Program-made: the position numbers and the translations under genes
Notes under the pieces: generated by a model
Told to the model about the DNA's origin: nothing
Seen by the model: only the letters and a program-made list of their open reading frames with translations
The model's database searches: none
Shown here: positions 11,785-22,561 of the stretch, piece by piece
Numbering within the stretch: position 1 is the first letter of the stretch
Layout: every line of letters begins with the position of its first letter
Assembly (NCBI GenBank): GCA_963837955.1
Contig: CAWIPH010000002.1
Span: 1,120,001 to 1,184,000 of the forward strand
Reading direction: 5' to 3'
Length of the DNA: 64,000 nucleotides
DNA from: an uncultured Verrucomicrobiae bacterium
Lineage (GTDB): Bacteria > Verrucomicrobiota > Verrucomicrobiia > Chthoniobacterales > JAFAMB01

Positions 11785-12801
11785 ATGAATCGCATCAATA
11801 ACTCCGACGGACACGAGGCGAGCCGCGCTCGGCTCTCCAATGGTCTCGTGAATGATGAAGGCAAATGGCTGCTCTTGAGCGGCCGCGGATTGGAGCGGAA
11901 AACCAGCCCTGGAGTCAAAAGTCTTGCTCGTTGGGTCGCAACCTGTGCTTTGCTTTTCAGCCCGTGCGTTCCGGTTCATGCAGATGTCGATTTCTCGAAC
12001 TATATACCCCGTTATTCCAGCAGATCGTAAACAGCATTAAGGCCAAGATCGCGCGCGTGTGGGGGAGGGCGTCAATAAACGGGACCGCTATTTTATTATT
12101 CCGTTCGCTTACCAGGACAGATCGAATAAGCCGGACTTTTCGCACTCGTTCATCTCGGTGGTCCGCGTGCTCGCCGATAACAAGCAGCCAAGCTTCACCT
12201 CAGGACTCAGAAAAGGGAAATTCATGAACCGAGATTTTGAAGCATTCACCATCAGCTGGCTGCCTCACGATTTCGATAAGAATCCGCACCTGTGCGTTTT
12301 CGATGGCATCGGCAGTCGCGTTGATCCGAAAAAGAACAAATGTCGTCCCTCCGTCGGAAGAAACTTCAGGCTGGATGAAACACTGAAGCTCGCGGTGAAT
12401 GTCAAAAATGGAGTCTGCATGTGGGGCCCCTACGAGATCAAAAAAGAGGCGTTTGATCGCGGCGTGAAACGGAAGCGGTTGCTCGACGGCGGAACTATCC
12501 GTTATATAGCCGACGACCGCCTTTATCGTAAGGATGGAGTCGCGATCAATTGTTTCCATGCAATGGCGGGGCTGGAAGAACTTTACCCTAACGGCGGATT
12601 TCTTGGGACTGGATGGAGGATGGGGGCATCAATGGCACCGCCCGAGTTCTGATCGAATACACCAAGTCGGTTCGTGCCAAAGGGATGCTCCTCGAGCCGG
12701 TCGATTACAAGAAAGACCTCTACGGATTTGTGTACGCCCCGGAGCGGAATAGCAGTGGCGTCTACGATCCTTTCCCGAACGCTTCCGCGTACCACGATTA
12801 G
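11785..12801 (+). CDS. Hypothetical protein split by frameshifts
   Basis: Consecutive overlapping + strand ORFs (11701-12030, 12059-12652, 12613-12801) read as one protein, including AINCFHAM and WG/INGT. Confidence 0.55.
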
Positions 12802-13124
12802 TTTTTTGAAAGGCTGGGCAGGCGGGAGAGCGACTCGGCATTGCGTTTGCTCTAAATGCATCGTTTGGGACACTCCTGTCGGCGGGCCACGGATCTTGCT
12901 TTCGTCCGTCGTCCATCGGCAACCTGTTTATGTTGAGTTGGATGCGGAGCGGATAGAGAGCTTGGCATAGCAAAAGCCAATGCGGGACGCAATTGGAAAA
13001 CCAAATGCGCCCCATGCCGCAATCGATCCGATCCTGCAAACACCTCTGCAGACTGGTCGTGCCCAGCAGGGGAGCCCCTTCTCTTGAGCCTTGAACAGGA
13101 AAGGGACCACAAGTATTGATGTCG

Positions 13125-13245
13125 AGCCTTATCCGTTCGATTTCGAACCGGAACACACAGCGTTAGTGATTATCGACATGCAACGCGATTTTTTGGAGCC
13201 GGTGGCTTTGGCGAGATGCTCGGAAACGATGTGTCTCGTCTAGGC
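13125..13245 (+). pseudogene. N-terminal fragment of a cysteine hydrolase (isochorismatase/biuret hydrolase-like)
   Basis: Manual translation [25 protein letters not shown](G)[13 protein letters not shown]. Confidence 0.65.
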
Positions 13246-13247
13246 AA

Positions 13248-13663
13248 TGCGATGTCCCGCTGGAGATCCTGTTGGCGGTGGGCACGTTCGATGCGACGCG
13301 AGTGTCGTCGGCACACGGACATGACCATCGCGATGTTCATGCATGCCACGATCCGAACTGCGGCCACAACTCGAACCATAGCCCGACATTCAGTACTTGG
13401 AGCTTCGAGGCGGATCGGCCGCTCTCTTCGAGGCGCTGCGTGAGGTGGGACGCCGCCTTCCAACCAGCATCTATCGTTGCAAGGGCGTCATCTACACCGC
13501 CGATGTCCCCGGCTGCCGCGCCGCGCTGCAGGTCGTGGGTAAGCGTGTGAACCTGGTACCGGAGGGCAAGTGGGGTCCGAAGCAGCCACGAACGCAGATT
13601 GTGGTCATCGGCGCACCCGGCAGCGTAAACGTGGAGTCGCTACAAAAGGAGTTCGCTTCCTGA
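13248..13663 (+). pseudogene. C-terminal fragment of a CobW/COG0523 GTPase
   Basis: His-rich linker HGHDHRDVHACHD, FSTWSFEADRPLS, IYRCKGVIY, LQVVGKR, TQIVVIG; one frameshift. Confidence 0.75.
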
Positions 13664-13757
13664 TACCGAACTGCAGGCCGTGAAAACGCCTGGCTGCGCT
13701 CTTCGCCGGCCCCGGCGAACGCGGCGCGGCCCAGCTGATCGGACTGACTCGATCGGG

Positions 13758-13920
13758 CTACCGGTACGGTGCAGTTGCCACGACTGTCCTGCGCGTCGTT
13801 CGGCGTGCCACGCCGGCAACGCTGACCGGGGTGGCAGCCGGCCGACGCACGCATAGGCGGTGGTGACGAACGACGTCGATCTCGGGCCGCCGCTGGGCAA
13901 TATGCTTCCGCCCCAAAGCA
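13758..13920 (-). pseudogene. Small secreted-type protein remnant (GRP.TPVSVAGVARRTTRR family)
   Basis: Manual translation FVTTAYACVGR/ATPVSVAGVARRTTRRTVVATAPYR* with one frameshift. Confidence 0.45.
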
Positions 13921-15181
13921 ACCCAAGAACGCGAAGGGGAGCGCGGGCGGAAGAGAGGAGGGTGCGGCTGCGAAACAGATCGAGAAGGAGATGAGAGGCG
14001 AGCTAGAGGGGTGGTGAAGAGAACAGTGGATCGACTAGTGGTTCAGTTTGAACACACTGTATGCGGCGCAGCGGCACGTTGCTGTGATGACGAACTGCGG
14101 GGAATCGCGTCGTCGCCGATTTGCACCGAAGATTGAGTCGGTCTCCTCGGTACGGAAGCGAACAGCTCGCATGTGATGCCGAAGATATCGCCGAGGAATT
14201 CGGATCGAATAATTGCCGAGGGATTATGACAGGACAGAAGCAGACGCCGCCAGAGCAAAGTATTATGTAGTTGTGATAACTGGTGAAGAGCTGGCGCGGT
14301 GATTGCATATGTTTGATGCGGCGTAGAGCGTGCGGTTTGCGTAAAGAACAGATAGAGCTCGTGCGAGAGGCTGACCAGAACTTGTGGGGGCGCAAAAGCG
14401 CGTGAGGGAGCTGGTGTACTGAATTTTCTGGAGTGGGCGTGATTACTTAGATGGAAGAATAGAAGGTGAACTGGATAGTTGCTGGCGGGATGAAGTCGAC
14501 ATCGCTTGAGAACGGCGCGCGCATCCCGTCGAGTGCGCGGCGCGCGCGCGGGGACAGGACAGACGTGGACCACGATGCAACAACGCGGAACAGGTGCGAG
14601 CACGTCCGCAGGCCGCATGACCGCCAACCCCTTAGTGTGTGCGATCGACCGGGCGGCGGCACCGAAGCGAGTGGCAGCTAGCAAGGTGAAAAATATCGCC
14701 GGAAAGAATTCGGTCAAATAATTCCGAGGGTGATCACGCAACACAATTAGTCCCGATAGTGGGGAGCAGCTGCAAGTTTTGCTTTGAGGTAGAACCGCGC
14801 TTCGCTGCACTGTGCGCTAATAGTACGATCAGGTACCGGGGACATAACGCAGTATCAATCCGTTCAGAATGGATTATGAATTCAATATGCAATTCGTTCA
14901 TTGAATAATTTGCGGTGTGTGGTTCAAGCTGTGCGTGCATTTAAGGGTAGTGAAAGTGGAAAGGGTAGACGACTGACGAAACCTCCCCTAACTATTACCC
15001 TACATAACCCCTTTTATGTTTAACAACTCCGCTAGCCCGCTAGTTGACCGCGTGTCCACGGGGCCGCTATCCAATCAATGGTTCCGCTCCCGTGTCCAAG
15101 CTCTGTTAGGACGGCTGTAAATTTAACCTAACAAGAACGATGCATCTCCGATCCGCCTAAAAAACCAAATGCAGCCACGGC

Positions 15182-15823
15182 TTATTCTTTCCAAGCAGAG
15201 TTCAGAATAATCGAACAGAAGTTCATTCGCTGGAAACTTGGATTGTGCAACACCAGCACATCATCGTTGACAGTCCCAAATGTTGTCTCCGGCTTGTGTT
15301 TAAAACCTTCGTTGAAAGCTTTGATTATTTCCTCTTTGAAATGGTTTCCCCGCGGGTGTGCGGCCACGATCGCCGCGCGTTGAGAATCAGAAAATCCATC
15401 ATAGTCGATACCGAGGACATCCATTTCCACCCCTGCCGTTACCAGAGCGACTTCTGGCTTTTTATGTTGAGGGATACCCGGCGTTGTATGTAGAGCGATG
15501 GCATCCCATACAACATCAATCGATGTCTCAGGAACCCCATGTTGTTTTAAAAAAGTGCGAGCAGCGTTTGCGCCGTCTACCTCAAAGCGTTCCGTAGCAC
15601 TACTATACTGTTTGGTAAGGCCGATGTCGTGGAACAGAGCGCCGATATATAGTAGCTCGGGGTCAAATTTCAGGTTCTTGCGGATGCCTGCTAGCGCTCC
15701 CCAAAGATAGACCCGGGTCGAATGATGGAACAGAAGAGGCGGTTCTGTATCCCGAATTAATTGAGTCGCTTCCTGAGCAAGTTTGCTATCGGGAATGCGG
15801 ATGTCCGCTATTGAGTTAGTCAT
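15182..15823 (-). CDS. HD-domain protein
   Basis: HHSTRVY, ALFHDIGL, RFEVDGANAA, AIALHTTP. Confidence 0.9.
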   Translation of the reverse strand: MTNSIADIRIPDSKLAQEATQLIRDTEPPLLFHHSTRVYLWGALAGIRKNLKFDPELLYIGALFHDIGLTKQYSSATERFEVDGANAARTFLKQHGVPETSIDVVWDAIALHTTPGIPQHKKPEVALVTAGVEMDVLGIDYDGFSDSQRAAIVAAHPRGNHFKEEIIKAFNEGFKHKPETTFGTVNDDVLVLHNPSFQRMNFCSIILNSAWKE

Positions 15824-15891
15824 AACCGAATCCTAGCTCGATCAAATTGATCAGCTACGCCAACCACCCGACAATTCGTGCCATTCCGGCC

Positions 15892-16890
15892 TCAGATGCC
15901 GGAGGAGCGGAATCGGCTTCGATACTCGCTAGGTGTTGAGTCCAACAGCCTAAGGAAGCTTCGGCGCATCGCATCAGCGCTTCCGAGTCCGCAGCGAGCA
16001 GCTATTTCGTCTAGACTTTTGGCAGTCCGCTCGATCTGCCTTCGGGCCGCTTCGACACGCAATTCCTCCACGAATCGGGCGGGGGATTTTCCAACGGTGC
16101 CGGTAAAGACGCGATGAAAATTGCGCGGACTCATGGCCGTACGGCTTGCCAAGACAGGAATGGATAGGTCCTTATCCAGGTGTTCCGCAATCCAAACGAT
16201 CAGTTCATGCAGTGCATTCTTCTCCCCAGTCTGAGAACCGAGGGAAACACTGAACTGAGCCTGAGTCCCTGGACGACGAAGAAAAACGACGAGATTGCGA
16301 GCCACTTCCAGTGCCAGAGACGAGCCGTGGTCTTCCTCAACCAAAGCTAATGAAAGATCGATGCCCGAGGTGACTCCTGCCGAGGTATATATATTTCCGT
16401 CTTGAATCCAAATTGGTGTAGGATCCACCTTAACTTTAGGAAAGCGGCTCTCTAGCTCGCTCGCAAAGGCCCAGTGGGTCGTTACCCGCCGTCCATCAAG
16501 TAGACCGGCTCGGGCCAGCAAAAAAGCACCGGTACATATAGAGCCAACGCGCCGACTTTTCGCTGCTGCCTTGCGCATCCACTTCAATGCGCTCTCGGTT
16601 GGATGCCCCTCTTCGCTTCCAACTCCGCCCGGAACCAGTAAGGTATCGATTTCTCCACGAAAGGATCGATAGTCCTGGTGGCATAGGAGGGAGAGACCGC
16701 TCATCCCAACGATTTCATCTTTGCTACCCGTCCGTATTACGGTGACTTCGTAAAGCGGCCGTTTTCCAGATAATCGGTTAGCGGTTGAAAAAACATCGAG
16801 GGGGCCCACGATATCGATTTCTCGCACCGGCGGAAACACCAGGAGGGCAATTCGTTTCCTTTCAGAAAATGGGGGCTTCGGATGGAACAT
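15892..16890 (-). CDS. GlxA family (DJ-1/PfpI + AraC) transcriptional regulator
   Basis: SICTGAFLLA, TTHW, TSAGVTSGIDL and a C-terminal AraC double HTH. Confidence 0.92.
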   Translation of the reverse strand: MFHPKPPFSERKRIALLVFPPVREIDIVGPLDVFSTANRLSGKRPLYEVTVIRTGSKDEIVGMSGLSLLCHQDYRSFRGEIDTLLVPGGVGSEEGHPTESALKWMRKAAAKSRRVGSICTGAFLLARAGLLDGRRVTTHWAFASELESRFPKVKVDPTPIWIQDGNIYTSAGVTSGIDLSLALVEEDHGSSLALEVARNLVVFLRRPGTQAQFSVSLGSQTGEKNALHELIVWIAEHLDKDLSIPVLASRTAMSPRNFHRVFTGTVGKSPARFVEELRVEAARRQIERTAKSLDEIAARCGLGSADAMRRSFLRLLDSTPSEYRSRFRSSGI

Positions 16891-18336
16891 CTGTCTAATG
16901 ACATGCCATAATACAACTGAGGGGACTGCTGGCAAAGGGACAATTCTCTTCTAAAACTCTCCGAGTCGGCATCCTCTCAAGAGCTCGCTGATCCGGTGTT
17001 GCTTCAAATTGCCGAGGCCCAAAAAATATTGTTTCCGGAGCTTATCTCAACGCGCAGTCACGGCATCCCGGCTTCGAGCAACTCTAGATACTTGATCCTT
17101 CAGACACGACCCTGTACGCGATGCTTGGGGTGCGGTCACATAGTGCGCTCGGCTCTAAGAATTTTCCTGCACAGCCAATCCCGCCGATGCTTACGGAAAT
17201 GATATTCCCCACCAACTCCTCAATCCTCATCAGGCATCACTGGGCACCGTATTCGGGTGGGCTTCCACGATGGCCATATGCTCAGGCGTGTCCACAGCCG
17301 TGGGACTGGGAACAGCAAAGGCGGTTCCGATCCGGAAGGGACATGGTTATAGTTGCTCAGCAATTTGTTGGTGCGGTAACTGGTTTCAAGGGTGCCGTCC
17401 CGCTAGGGACGATCGAAACTTTGGTGTAATGGTTTCCAATTGCGACTTCACCAGCGCAGAGGGTGAATCGATCGTCCCAAGCGGGACGGACGCGTCTTCA
17501 ATGCTATCCCAGCAATGAAGTGCTGGGCTAATTCCACTCTGTCCCTCCCGGGACAGATCTCTTCACATACGCGCACAGCACTTGACTTCTCATGAGGGTG
17601 GCCAGCGAGGTGCTGAATACTATCAAAAACAGCCGCCAAGCCGCCTTCAAACCTGAAAGGGATGCGAGAAAACGATTGGGTCCCAGTCCGCGCCGAACGG
17701 CAAAACGTTCGTGCGTGTTCGACTCTGTTCTGTTTACAGGGGACACCCGACGCTCAACCGGCCATTCGGACAGAGATACCGGCAGTTCAGACAAAAAAGG
17801 ACCGATCCGTGAATTGAGTGCTTAGATACCTGCGCTCGCGCTCCCCCTAACCTCAATCAAATCGGGGAAATGGATAAGGCTCATAAAAAATTCAGCGCGG
17901 GTGAGTCCCCGCTCACATCGATGTCCATTTCCATGGTCGGTTCCGCCGCTCACTACTGCCCGATCCAATTTATCGTTGGATCAGACCAATCATGGCAGGA
18001 ACCGATCGTACTCAATGCCTTGGGCGCCAAGGACCTAGGCAGACGGGAAACCAGCCGGCCAGCAGATGTCTTGCTTAAATCTTCGGTTCAATCACGAAGC
18101 TAAGTAAACGTGTCTAGATTAAAGGGACCGAAAATAGCCTTACCCACGTGCATCTGGGCGCAACCTAGCGGACGGCGCGAATGAACGACTCGCTCCAAAG
18201 GCTCCGGGTCCCTTGAGCCCAAAGACGGATAGTTAGCGCTAACTGACATTAAGGCTACGACAGCAGGACTTTCAGGGCAGTTATCCGGTTGCTGTGCTCA
18301 ATCCCTAACGAGATAGACCCCACCCACATCCAGAGT

Positions 18337-20468
18337 ATGAATACAAAAAGAACAGTCGTAGAAGAACTGTATACGCGATCCGTACGGCAACTTGCCGTCC
18401 TCGGCATCGCGGCATTTACCGGCGCCAATGCTTTAGCAGCAGGCAGCATCCTGATCGACAGCGATATCAGCCCGATGCTATCGAAATCAGAAGTCCTGGC
18501 GCATGTCGATTTGAACATGCCAATCAACACGGTGTTTGTTTTGCCGTTAAAAGACCCAGCAGGCGCTGAAAGTTATGCGATGCGAGTGAACACTCCCGGC
18601 GACCCGCTTTACCAGCAATACCTCACACCCGAAGAGTTCGGAGCCAAATTTGGTCCGAGCGAGACGGATTATGACGCTGTTTTGACCTGGGCTACCGGCA
18701 ACGGCCTCAAACCCGGCGAACCCAGTCGCAGCCGGACTACCTTGTCGCTGAATGGAACCGCGGCGCAGTTCGAAGCCCTTCTTCAGACGCGTATCAACAA
18801 CTATCGGGGACCTGATGGCAGGCTTTACTATTCGGCCGCAATCGCTCCCAGCGTTCCTGAAACCATCGCCCCCCGCGATAAAAGCGTTATCGGACTCTCC
18901 AGCTACAACAAATTCGCTCCGCTGGTTCGCGTCCACAAAGCTCGGCCTGGATTTCCCACCGAAGCCGCGGGAGGCACCGGCCCCCTGGGCGCTTATAGTG
19001 CGTCCGATTTGCGAACCGCCTATCAGATTCCTAAGTTCCCGGATGTACCCAAATTCGGAACAGTCGCTATTTATGAACAAGGCGGATTCACCGCAAGTGA
19101 TATTACGGCATACGAAAAACAGAACCGACTTCCGGACGTACCGGTGACTGTTCGAAGTGTCAACGGCTTTAACGGATCCGCCAATGATCCTACTATCGAG
19201 CTGGAAGCGGTTCTGGATATCGACATGGTCATTGGTATCAATCCGAAGATAAGTCAGGTTCTGGTCTATGAGGACGGTGACTCTGTATTTGCGACTTCAC
19301 TTCTGAACGCACTCACCGCGGTTGCTAATGACAACAAAGCGCACACTTTAAGCATTTCTTATGGTCTGGACGAGGGCATCCAGGGTAATTCGCAAATCGC
19401 AGCGGAGGGTGTTCTGTTCCAACAGCTCGCATCCGAAGGCATCACGGTGTTTGTGGCGGCCGGAGACAGAGGCGCCTACGGAGCTTCTGGCGTTGGTGAC
19501 AACGGTACTCCCGTAAGCTTAAATGTCGTGGACCCGGGCTCCCAGCCCTTCGTTACATCGGTTGGCGGGACGGCGCTCTTTACGGGGCCAAACCAGACCT
19601 ACGGTCACGAAGAAGTCTGGAATGCTCTCGGACAAAAGCCCCAATTTTCCAATGCCGGCGACGCAAGCGGGGGTGGCGTGAGCTCTTTTTGGAAGATCCC
19701 TTCCTACCAGTTGAACCCTAGTCTGAAGCGAGGCACTTCTGTTGCCACGGCCAATGGGGGCTCAGCGAAAATGCGTAATATTCCGGATGTAGCGGCAGAC
19801 GGAAGCCCTGACACGGGCGTCGCGGTATTCTCTTCTGTTAACGGAGGCTGGGTTCAGATTGGAGGCACCAGCGCCTCTGCGCCGATCTGGGCTGGATTTT
19901 CCAGCATTGTCGATTCGGCGTTGAGCTATGTCCGGCACGGACGGCTCGGATTCGTTAATCCGTCATTGTACGAGCTCATTTTTAAAGAAGAGAACGGCAT
20001 CCTGATCAATCCCGTTCTTGACATTAACGACGTTATTGATGGAACCAACGGCAATGCATTGCTGCTGGGAATCCCTGGATTCTTTGCCGGTCCCGGATAT
20101 GACAACTGCAGCGGTTGGGGGTCGATGAAGGGCGAAAGGCTTGCCTCTGAGATGCTAATAGGGTCACCTATCTTATCTCCGGTCCAACGCCGGCAGCACC
20201 TAACGTGAGTGTCGTCACCGTAGGCGCCACCACCATCGATTTTAAATGGAATCCTGTTCCGCTAGCCACGGGATACATTTTCCAAGCTCTGACAGTTGAC
20301 TCTAACTTCAATATTTTGAGTAACGTTGCCTTCGTCACGCGAGGAACCACTATCAAACTGACGGGCCTTGCTCCGAATACTACTTATATAATCTCTGCCT
20401 ACGCCGTGAATGCGCACGGATCCGGCGTAGATAATCTCCCCACGATTACTCGGCTGCACATTAGTTAA
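18337..20468 (+). CDS. S53 (sedolisin/kumamolisin) peptidase with pro-domain and C-terminal fibronectin type III domain (frameshift near 20181)
   Basis: Pro-domain QYLTPEEFGAKFGP, ELEAVLDID, GDRG, GGTSASAP; FN3 follows in another frame, and the duplicate at 30.2 kb shows the in-frame version. Confidence 0.88.
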
Positions 20469-20907
20469 CCAGGCCTGCAATCTTTCCTTGCGCCTTTGCG
20501 TGAGGCTCTAACGGATCATTCCCAAGGATCATGGCCTCACCATACGAATTGTTGCCGGATTTCGGTAACGGATGTCCGCCGACAGAACTGCCAGCCCGGG
20601 ATCGGATGATCTGGAGCATCTTTTCGTTGTTCCCGGCAATTCCTCACACCATTCTTAGATGTGCTGATTCGAATCACGATTCGAACGTCTGTAATCAATC
20701 GACTTTCTCGGCGAATCTAACCGTTTTTTCTTGACGATAACTCTTTGGAGCCAACAAAAAGCGTTCTTTCTGAGCGATAGAAGTACCTAGACAGGTGTGC
20801 GACCTATTGCCGGAGACTCAAGAGTGAACAAGCCCGTTGCACCAGAAGAATCGGAGCTGTCCGGTACGTCTGGGATTCAGAACGAAAATCCAAAATCTCA
20901 TAGCCTC

Positions 20908-21580
20908 ATGAGTCGAGACCTTAATGATTCCCCTTCCTCTGATTTGCCTCCGGAATCCAGCCTGGCTCATCTCGAAGGCAATTCATTAGTCGCCTCGCGG
21001 CAATCTCAGCCGGCTTAACCGTGGCGGCACCACTTTCCCGCTCTGCTACTACTACGGAAGGAACGGCTTTAGAGGGCGAATCTCCGAAAAAGGGCACGGA
21101 GGGGAGCTTGGTAGAGATCAACTTCAAAGTGAACGGTCATCCTCAAAAACTTGAGGTAGATCCCCGAGTCACCTACTGGATGCTATCCGGGATCGTTTGG
21201 ATTTGACCGGGACGAAGAAAGGCTGTGATCGCGGTGCTTGTGGCGCTTGTACGGTCCATATCAACGGAAGACGAGTGCTCTCTTGTTTGACACTCGCGCT
21301 AATGGCACAAGGCGAAGAGATCACCACGATTGAGGGTTTAGCCAAGGGTGATTACTTACATCCGGTACAAGCCGCGTTCGTCGGTTGTGACGGTTTTCAA
21401 TGCGGATATTGCACCCCTGGTCAAATCATGTCCGCGGTGGGCTGTATCAACGAAGGCCACATCAGATCGGACACTGAGATTCAAGAATTTATGTCAGGAA
21501 ACCTATGCCGGTGTGGTGCGTATCCAAACATCGTTGATGCGATCAAAATGGCGGCAGGGCAGATGAAAGCAGGAGGGTAA
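20908..21580 (+). CDS. paoA: Aldehyde oxidoreductase 2Fe-2S subunit with Tat signal (two frameshifts)
   Basis: SRRQFI Tat motif; GTKKGCDRGACGACTV, QCGYCTPGQ, NLCRCGAY. Confidence 0.8.
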
Positions 21581-21582
21581 CG

Positions 21583-22561
21583 ATGCGAACCTTTCACTTA
21601 CAAGGTTCCTTCCAGCATTCGGCAAGCTACGTCTGATTTCGGTCAGAATTCGGACTTTGTTGCTGGTGGAACGACGCTGATAGATCTGATGAAGCTCGAA
21701 GTAATGACGCCCTCGCAACTGGTGGACATCAATCGGTTACCAATGCGCGGGATCGAGTTGGCATCGGATGGCCTACGGATCGGTGCACTGGAAAAAATGA
21801 GTGATGTGGCAGAACACCCGGAGGTAGTAGCCAACTATCCAGTCATTTCCCAAGCGTTGCTTAAAAGTGCCTCCGCGCAGCTTCGCAACATGGCCAGCAT
21901 GGGAGGAAATCTTCTGCAACGGACTCGGTGTGGATATTTCCGAGATGTGAGCACACCATGCAATAAGCGTCAGCCGGGAAGCGGTTGTCCCGCGATTGAT
22001 GGCTGGAACCGGACGCACGCAATTCTTGGCACGAGCTCATCCTGTGTCGCTACTCATCCGAGCGACTTAGCTGTGGCATTGGTAGCCCTGGACGCTTCCA
22101 TTCTCCTACAAAGCGGGAACAACGATCGACTCGTGAAACTGGATGATTTTTATCTTGTTCCAGGTGAGACCCCAGACAAGGAGAATCAACTCAAACCGGG
22201 CGAGTTGATCACGGAGATTCGGGTTCCGCGACTACCATGGGCACAAAGGTCCGCCTACCTGAAGATCCGGGACCGTGAATCGTACGAGTTTGCGCTGGCT
22301 TCGGTTGCCGTGGCGCTCGACGTGGACGCAAACAATGTTCGAGATGCTCGAGTCGCCGTTGGAGGGGTGGGGACAAAACCGTGGAATCTTCCGAAAGTGC
22401 GGGACGCGCTAATCGGAAGGCCGTTGAACCAACAGACTTTCGAAGCCGCTGCGAAACTCGCGACCGAGGGTGCCAAGCCATTAAGACACAATGCATTCAA
22501 AGTTGAGCTTGTTCAGAGAACCATTGTTCGAGCGCTGATGAACCTGGGAGGCTTAGCGTGA
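21583..22561 (+). CDS. paoB: Aldehyde oxidoreductase FAD-binding subunit (frameshift just after start)
   Basis: AGGTTLIDLMK, QLRNMASMGGNLLQRTRC, CNKRQPGSGC, RDRESYEFAL. Confidence 0.85.

Noticed and set aside
16996..18250. Short ORFs upstream of the S53 peptidase gene
   Set aside because: No recognisable motifs or consistent frame; left unannotated.
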